From the NCBI GenBank assembly GCA_963750165.1, contig CAVVPN010000003.1, positions 224,001 to 288,000 of the forward strand: 64,000 bases of DNA, given 5' to 3'. The translations under genes were made by a program, and so were the position numbers. This DNA is from an uncultured Gemmataceae bacterium. Lineage in GTDB: Bacteria; Planctomycetota; Planctomycetia; Gemmatales; Gemmataceae. Positions 57,961 through 64,000 of this stretch are shown here, piece after piece. Each line of letters opens with the position of its first letter. Within the stretch, counting starts at the first letter, position 1. Below the pieces are notes generated by a model, which ran no database searches, had not been told where the DNA came from, and was given only the letters and a program-made list of their open reading frames with translations.

Positions 57961-60900
57961 TTACTGCACGTCGTAGCGCAGCAGCAAATCGCCCGCCTCC
58001 ACCTGCGAGCCGGCTCGCACCAGCACCTCGCCGACGCGGCCGGACTTCTCGGCGTAGACGGTCGTCTCCATCTTCATCGCCTCGAGCGTCATCAGCTTCT
58101 GGCCGCCGACCACCTGCTCGCCTGGCGCCACGGTCACGCTGACCACCAGCCCCGGCATCGGCGCCGCGACGTGATCGCGGTTGCTCGGCTCCGCCTTGGG
58201 GTGCGCCTTCGCCGCGCCGCTCAGCTTGCGGTCCTGCACCAATACCTCGCGCGGCTGGCCGTTCAGCTCGAAGAACACCAGGCGCCGGCCGTCCTCGTGC
58301 GGGTCGCCGACCGTCAGGAACTTGATGATGAGCGTTTTGCCCTCTTCAATGTTGACGCTGACCTCCTCGCCCGGCTGCAGGCCGTAGAAGAACACGCCGG
58401 TCGGCAACACGCTGGTGTCGGAGAACTTCTTCTGATGCGCCACGAACTCCGGGAAGATGCGCGGATACATCAGGTACGTCATCAGGTCGCGGTCGTTGAC
58501 CGGCCGGCCGACCTGCTCCTGCACCTGCCGCCGCGTCGCTTCGAGGTCCACCGGCGGCAGCGACGCCCCGGGCCGTTCGGTGATCGGCGGCCGGCCGCGC
58601 AGCACACGTTGCCGCAGCGGCTCTGGGAAGCCGCCGTAGGGCTGACCGAGTTTGCCCTGGAAGAATTCGACCACCGACTCGGGGAACGCCAACTCACGGT
58701 CACCGTGGATCACCTCGTCCGGCGTCAGCTGGTTGGCGACCAGGAACAGGGCCATGTCGCCGACCACCTTCGACGACGGCGTTACCTTGATGATGTCGCC
58801 AAACAGCTTGTTCACTGCGGCGTACATCAAGCGCACTTCCGCCCAGCGGTGACCGACGCCCAGCGCCGCCGCCTGCTGATACAGGTTCGTGTACTGGCCG
58901 CCGGGCATCTCGTGGCGGTACACCTCGGCGCTGGCGCCAGCTGGCCGGTCTCGAACGGCGCGTACAGGCGACGCACGGCCTCCCAGTAGTCGGCGGTTTC
59001 CTGCAGCCGCGCGAAGTCCAGGCCGGTGTCGCGTTCGGTGAATCGCAGGCACTCGACCAGGGTGTTCAGGCTGGCCTGGCTGGTCACGCCCGAGAGCGGC
59101 GCCATGGCCGCGTCCACGACATCGACGCCCTGCTCGGACGCCTGCAACAGCGTGGCGATCTGGCCGCCGGCCGAGTCGTGCGTGTGCAGGTGGATGGGGA
59201 TGCCGATTTCCTGTCGCAGCGTCCGCACCAGTTGCTGGGCGGCATAGGGCTTCAGCAGACCCGCCATATCCTTGATGCCGAGCAGGTTCGCCCCGAGTTT
59301 TTCCAGCTCTTTTGCCAGGTTGACGTAATACTTGAGGTCGTACTTGGTACGTTTCGGGTCGAGAATATCGCCTGTGTAGCAGATGGCGGGCTCGGCGAGC
59401 ATACCCTGTTCACGCACCGCCTCGACGGCCAGGCGCAGGTTCGGCAGCCAGTTGAGCGAGTCGAAAATGCGGAACAGGTCGATACCGCCGGCGGCCGCCT
59501 CCTTGATGAAGGCACGCACAACGTTGTCGGGATAGTTGGCGTAGCCGACGGCGTTGTTGCCGCGCAGCAACATCTGGAAGAGGATGTTCGGCACGCGCGT
59601 CCGCAGTTCCAGCAAGCGCTGCCAGGGGTCTTCCTTGAGGAAGCGCAGGGCGGTGTCGAAGGTGGCGCCGCCCCACATTTCCAGCGAGAACAGGCCGGCG
59701 TGCGCCACGGCATAGCGCGGGGCGATTTGCAACATGTCATAGGTGCGCATGCGCGTCGCCAGCAGCGACTGGTGGGCGTCGCGGAAGGTGGTGTCGGTGA
59801 CCAGCAGCCGCCGTTGCTCGCGCACCCAGCCGGCGAAGCCCTCCGGCCCCAGCTCCATGAACTTGTCGCGCGTGCCGACGACAGCTGGCGTCCGGTACGG
59901 CACCGGCATCGGTTCCGCAACGCCGACCCGCGGCGGCGGCGTCCGCACCTCGGGGTGGCCGTTGACGATGACCTCGGCGATGTACGTCAGCAGTTTTGTG
60001 GCCCGGTCCTGCCGTTGCGGGAACTGGTACAGCTCCTGCGTCTCGTCGATGTACTTCGTGTGGAAGCGGCCATGAAGAAAGTCGTCGTCGGTGACCAGGT
60101 TGATGAGGAACGGAATGTTGGTTTTGACGCCGCGGACGCGGAATTCCTGCAGGCAGCGCTCCATGCGGCGGGCGGCGTCGGCGAAGCGCAGGCCGTGGGC
60201 GGTCACCTTGACGAGCAGTGAGTCGTAGAAGGGCGTGATAACGGCGCCGCTGAAGGCGGTGCCGGCGTCAAGGCGGATGCCCAGGCCGCTGGCGGAGCGG
60301 TAGTGCGTCAGCCGGCCGTAGTCCGGGATGAACTTGTTGGTCGGGTCCTCGGTGGTGACGCGGCACTGGAGGGCGCAGCCGTGCGGCACCACGCGGTCCT
60401 GCGCTCCCAGGCCGATCTCCGGGTCGCTCAGCGGCTGGCCCTGGGCGATGAGGATCTGGCTGCGCACCAGGTCGAAGCCGGTGATTTCCTCGGTGACGGT
60501 GTGCTCGACCTGGATGCGCGGGTTGACCTCGATGAAGTAAAAATCGCCGCGGTCGATGTCGTACAGGAACTCGACGGTGCTGGCGTTGTCGAGACGCACC
60601 GCCTGGCCGACCGTCAGGGCCGCGTCGAGGATGCGTTGCCGGGTGGCGTCGTCGAGGAACAGCGCCGGGGCGATCTCCACCACCTTCTGATGGCGGCGCT
60701 GCAGCGAGCAGTCGCGCTCGAACAGGTGGACAAGGTTGCCGTGGTGGTCGCCGAGCAGCTGCACCTCGATGTGGCGGGCACGCAGGATGAATTTCTCCAG
60801 GAACACGTCGGCGATACCGAAGGCGGTGCCGGCCTCACGGCGTGCCTGCTCGATGGCCTCGTCGAGCTGCTCGGCGCCCTGGGCCACGCGCATGCCGCGG

Positions 60901-61433
60901 CCACCGCCGCCCATCGACGCCTTGACGATCACCGGATAGCCGAGCTTTTTGGCCAGGGCGTGCGCCGCGGGGCCGGGCGTGGTGGGCGTGTCGCCGCCGG
61001 AGAGCACCGGCACGCCGGCCTGCTGGGCGATGCGGCGGGCCGCCAGCTTGTCGCCGAGCTGCCGCAGCACCTCGACACGCGGGCCGACGAAGATGATGCC
61101 CGCCTCGGCACACGCCTCGGCGAACGCGGGGTTCTCGGACAGGAAGCCGTAGCCGGGATGGATGGCGTCCACTTCATGCTGTTGCGCCAGGGCGACGAGG
61201 CCGGGGATGTCGAGGTAGGAGCGTAGCGGCTCGCCCGGTTTGCCGACACGGTACGCCTCGTCGGCCTTGAAGCGGTGCAGGGCGAAGCGGTCCTCGTGAG
61301 CGTAGATGGCCACGGTGCGGATGCCCAGCTCGTGGGCGGAGCGGAAGACGCGGATGGCGATCTCACTGCGGTTGGCGGCCAGCAGTTTGCGGATCGGCCG
61401 GGCAGTGGGGGGTGAAACGGCGGCCTCGGACAT
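57961..61433 (-). CDS. pyc: Pyruvate carboxylase (frameshift near 58935)
   Basis: ANRSEIAIR, HPGYGFLSEN, ERDCSLQRRHQK, DTTFRDAHQSL, HEMPGGQ, EAMKM biotin site. Confidence 0.95.
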
Positions 61434-61649
61434 GATCGGCGGTCCCTTGGTGCGAAGGCGATGTCTCCAGGGGGTATCCTAGAGCAAACCGGGACCGGAG
61501 GTTAGATGGGCGGATGCGACTGGTGTTTCCGAGTTCGAGTGACAGGGGCATTGCGACAAGGCGAAAAAATGTTACGTTGCCCCGCGAACGTTCTCGACCG
61601 GTGCGCCGCTGGTCCTGGAGCTAAGAGAAACAGGAAGGAGTTGCGGGCG

Positions 61650-62054
61650 ATGAACGGAATTCATCCCGTGGTCCGGTATTTGATCCTGTGTGAAGACGTG
61701 CGCAACGATCCAGGTAACTCCGCGCACATCACCCTGGTGGGACTCCTCAGCACCATCCGTTCCCGGGCAACGCCTCCCTTCCCCTTGATATTTCCCGAAG
61801 TTTGTGTGTTCCTGCAACTGACCGAATGCCGCGGTTCGGCGGCGATTCGTGTTGAGCTGGTGCATGCGGATTCCGGCCAGACCCAGTTTCGTACGCCAAC
61901 GCGAACGGTGTCCTTCGGAAACGATCCCCTGGCGTTGCTCGGCCTCACCTTCCGTTTGAAAAATCTGTTGTTTCCGGTTGCCGGTTTGTACTGGGTGCAG
62001 TTCTGTTACAATGACCGAGTGCTTGCCCAGCAACCACTTTTGTTGGAGGGATAG
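61650..62054 (+). CDS. DUF6941-like protein
   Basis: PVVRYLILCEDV....[28 protein letters not shown]; lower GC. Confidence 0.65.
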   Translation: MNGIHPVVRYLILCEDVRNDPGNSAHITLVGLLSTIRSRATPPFPLIFPEVCVFLQLTECRGSAAIRVELVHADSGQTQFRTPTRTVSFGNDPLALLGLTFRLKNLLFPVAGLYWVQFCYNDRVLAQQPLLLEG

Positions 62055-62057
62055 CCC

Positions 62058-62459
62058 GTGGAAAACACGCCGCGCTATGAGACCGGCTGCAAATTCCTGG
62101 GGGAATTTGTTGAGGACGCCGCGCTCGCGGACCCGAGCCGGCAGGCGCCGGCGGGGCAGGGGGTTGCCGAACCAACGACGATGGTTGGCCTGTTCGTGGA
62201 CGATGCGAATGGTCGTGCGGGTCTGAAGGACTACGTGATTGTGCGGCGGGATCATACCACCGTGACGGTGACCGGCTGCGACGTGCGTCCGCTCCTGAAC
62301 GGTCAGAGTGGGGGGGACGGTCGGGAGTTTGCGGTGCTGCTCCGCGAGGGCGACCGGGAGACGATTGCAGCCCGATTCCCTGCGACGGATTTGCTCGCCA
62401 TTTTCGAGGGCGGAGTCAACTTGCTGTCGCCCGCCCCGCCGGAAGCCAGGGCGGATTAA
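62058..62459 (+). CDS. Hypothetical protein
   Basis: GGAGG RBS, GTG start 3 nt after the previous stop. Confidence 0.55.
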   Translation: MENTPRYETGCKFLGEFVEDAALADPSRQAPAGQGVAEPTTMVGLFVDDANGRAGLKDYVIVRRDHTTVTVTGCDVRPLLNGQSGGDGREFAVLLREGDRETIAARFPATDLLAIFEGGVNLLSPAPPEARAD

Positions 62460-63396
62460 TTGGCGTTGGGAATCGCTTGATTCGCTGGGCCTGCGTTCAA
62501 GTCCACCGCCTGATAGCGCCCGCCGTTCTCCCGCGCCAGCCGCTGCAACGGCATGAACGCCCGCTGCCGGTTGGCCAGGCTCAACTCCACCGTATGAATG
62601 GCAGTCCGGCCCGCGTTCAGCCGTGTCACTTCCAGCACCTGCGCGTCGGTCAGGTCATCCGCGTCGGTCACCAGGAAGATCACGTCCGGCCGCAGCGCCA
62701 GGGCGCTGTACAGCGCCGGGCCGTGGTCGGTGCCGCCCTCCGCCGCCAGCGTTTGCAGCGCCAGCGCCACCGCCCGCCGCGGTTCGGGGCCAGCGCTCCG
62801 CCAGTCCCGTGGGCCGCGCGGTAGCAGCTCGACCGATCGGTTGTAGACCAGCACCTGGAACTGCGTCGTCGCCGGCAGTTGTTCCAGGCTCGCCAGCAGT
62901 TCGCGGCCCGCCCGGGTCAGCAGGCCGTTCAGGCCCATGCTGCTGGAGCGGTCCAGCACGTACACGATTTTCTGCGCCGCGCCGGCAGGCCGAAGAACGT
63001 CGGTTCCAGACCGCCCGGGTGCGCCGCCTGCCCGTGGCCAGCGGCGCCGGCATTCTGCGCAGGCGCCTTCGCTTGCGCCGGCACGTCAAAGCCCTGCACG
63101 CCGGCCGGCAATCCGGTCAGCGTCGGCACCTGAATCGGCTCCTCTGTCGGCAGTTCCGGCACCACGAGGCGCTGCTCGCCGGCTGCCGCCTCCTCCGGTG
63201 GCGCCGGCACCAGGTACGTCAGGCACTCGAACGGCTCCGCCGGCTCGGCCGCTGCGGTCGTGTGTCGCGGCCCGGCGGCCCGGTCGGCCAGGCTGCCGCC
63301 GGACAGCCACGCCAGGCCCAGGCCCAGCAGCGCGTGCAGCGTCAGCGACAGCAGCGCCGCCACGAGCCCCAGACGCCTGCGCTTGTTGCGTGCCAT
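62456..63396 (-). CDS. Membrane-anchored vWA domain protein (frameshift near 62970)
   Basis: SLTLHALL TM; YVLDRSSSM MIDAS; GGTDH; FLVTD; LARENGGRY. Confidence 0.82.
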
Positions 63397-63544
63397 CGTT
63401 TTTGCCCTGCGCTCAAGTCCGGCGGCCGGCCGGCCGATGTTAAGGCTGTCTCCCGGAGGGGGTTGACCAATATTCAGAGTTCGGCAGGACGCCGACCACC
63501 ACCAGGAAGCTGCGTCGTTTGTTGTGTTGACCAACCTGTGGAGG

Positions 63545-63578
63545 GCGGTGACGCAAGGCTGCGTCACCGCTTTTTTTT
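63545..63578 (+). terminator. Intrinsic terminator-like hairpin with T-run
   Basis: gcggtgacgca-aggc-tgcgtcaccgc followed by T8. Confidence 0.65.
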
Positions 63579-63581
63579 CGA

Positions 63582-63965
63582 TCAGGTCTTCGGCTTAACG
63601 TCCGCCAGCAGGTGCAGGCCGAACGAGTCGTCCCGCGCATCCAGCCAGTCCAGCCGCACATGCGTCTGCTCAGTGCCGCTGCTCTTGTCGCTCGTCAGCA
63701 CGACTTTGAAGCGGGCGCCGTTCTTCGTCTTGCAGGTGAGGTAATACGCGCTGCCCTGGCTGTCCTGTTCCAGCGACGCCTTCAAATTCAGTTTCTCCAG
63801 CGACGCCTGGACGGACAGGGCCGCCTCCGCCGGCGACCCCACGTAGACGCCGCTCAGCACCGCCTGGTTGACCGCCAGGAGGCCGCCCAACTCGGCCGAC
63901 TTGCAGCCGATCAGCACCGCCAGCAGACACACCGCGACCCCGACCAGCGCCTGTACGCGCACCAT
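63582..63965 (-). CDS. Small lipoprotein
   Basis: LIGC lipobox; GGAGGAGG RBS. Confidence 0.75.
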   Translation of the reverse strand: MVRVQALVGVAVCLLAVLIGCKSAELGGLLAVNQAVLSGVYVGSPAEAALSVQASLEKLNLKASLEQDSQGSAYYLTCKTKNGARFKVVLTSDKSSGTEQTHVRLDWLDARDDSFGLHLLADVKPKT

Positions 63966-64000
63966 GGCGGACCTCCTCCGTGCGTTCCGGGTTTGCTTTC

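Noticed and set aside
58827..59052. Natural two-subunit split or programmed frameshift of pyruvate carboxylase
   Set aside because: The break falls inside the carboxyltransferase region with no RBS/start or slippery site, and matches the window-wide indel pattern.

Overview
High-GC, gene-dense chromosomal window that is very probably from a Gemmataceae-like planctomycete. The evidence is a DUF1501 protein, an ECF-sigma/WD40 fusion and an LEDRTVPS-type exported protein. Core genes include topA, kdsA, xerD, rdgB, a ROK kinase, csrA, panD and pyc, together with glycosyltransferases, a rhomboid and many exported hydrolases and repeat proteins. No rRNA, tRNA, CRISPR array or intact transposase was seen. 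About a dozen genes, including pyc, have single frameshifts, which most likely reflect assembly indels. The most notable signals are: (i) a copper amine oxidase that appears split into two separately exported genes, with an N-Y-N cofactor motif and a DnaJ-type zinc-finger microprotein downstream; (ii) a 123-bp palindromic MITE-like element in two copies, one nested in another REP and one inserted in frame in a gene; (iii) a ~925-bp toxin-antitoxin islet bounded by an exact 35-bp duplication of the rhomboid gene start; (iv) a ~142-nt rod-like intergenic RNA candidate resembling 6S; (v) an in-frame hairpin insertion in topA; (vi) a long GGA-rich csrA leader; and (vii) many different palindromic and heptamer repeat families. 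All assignments come from reading motifs by eye; no database searches were run.
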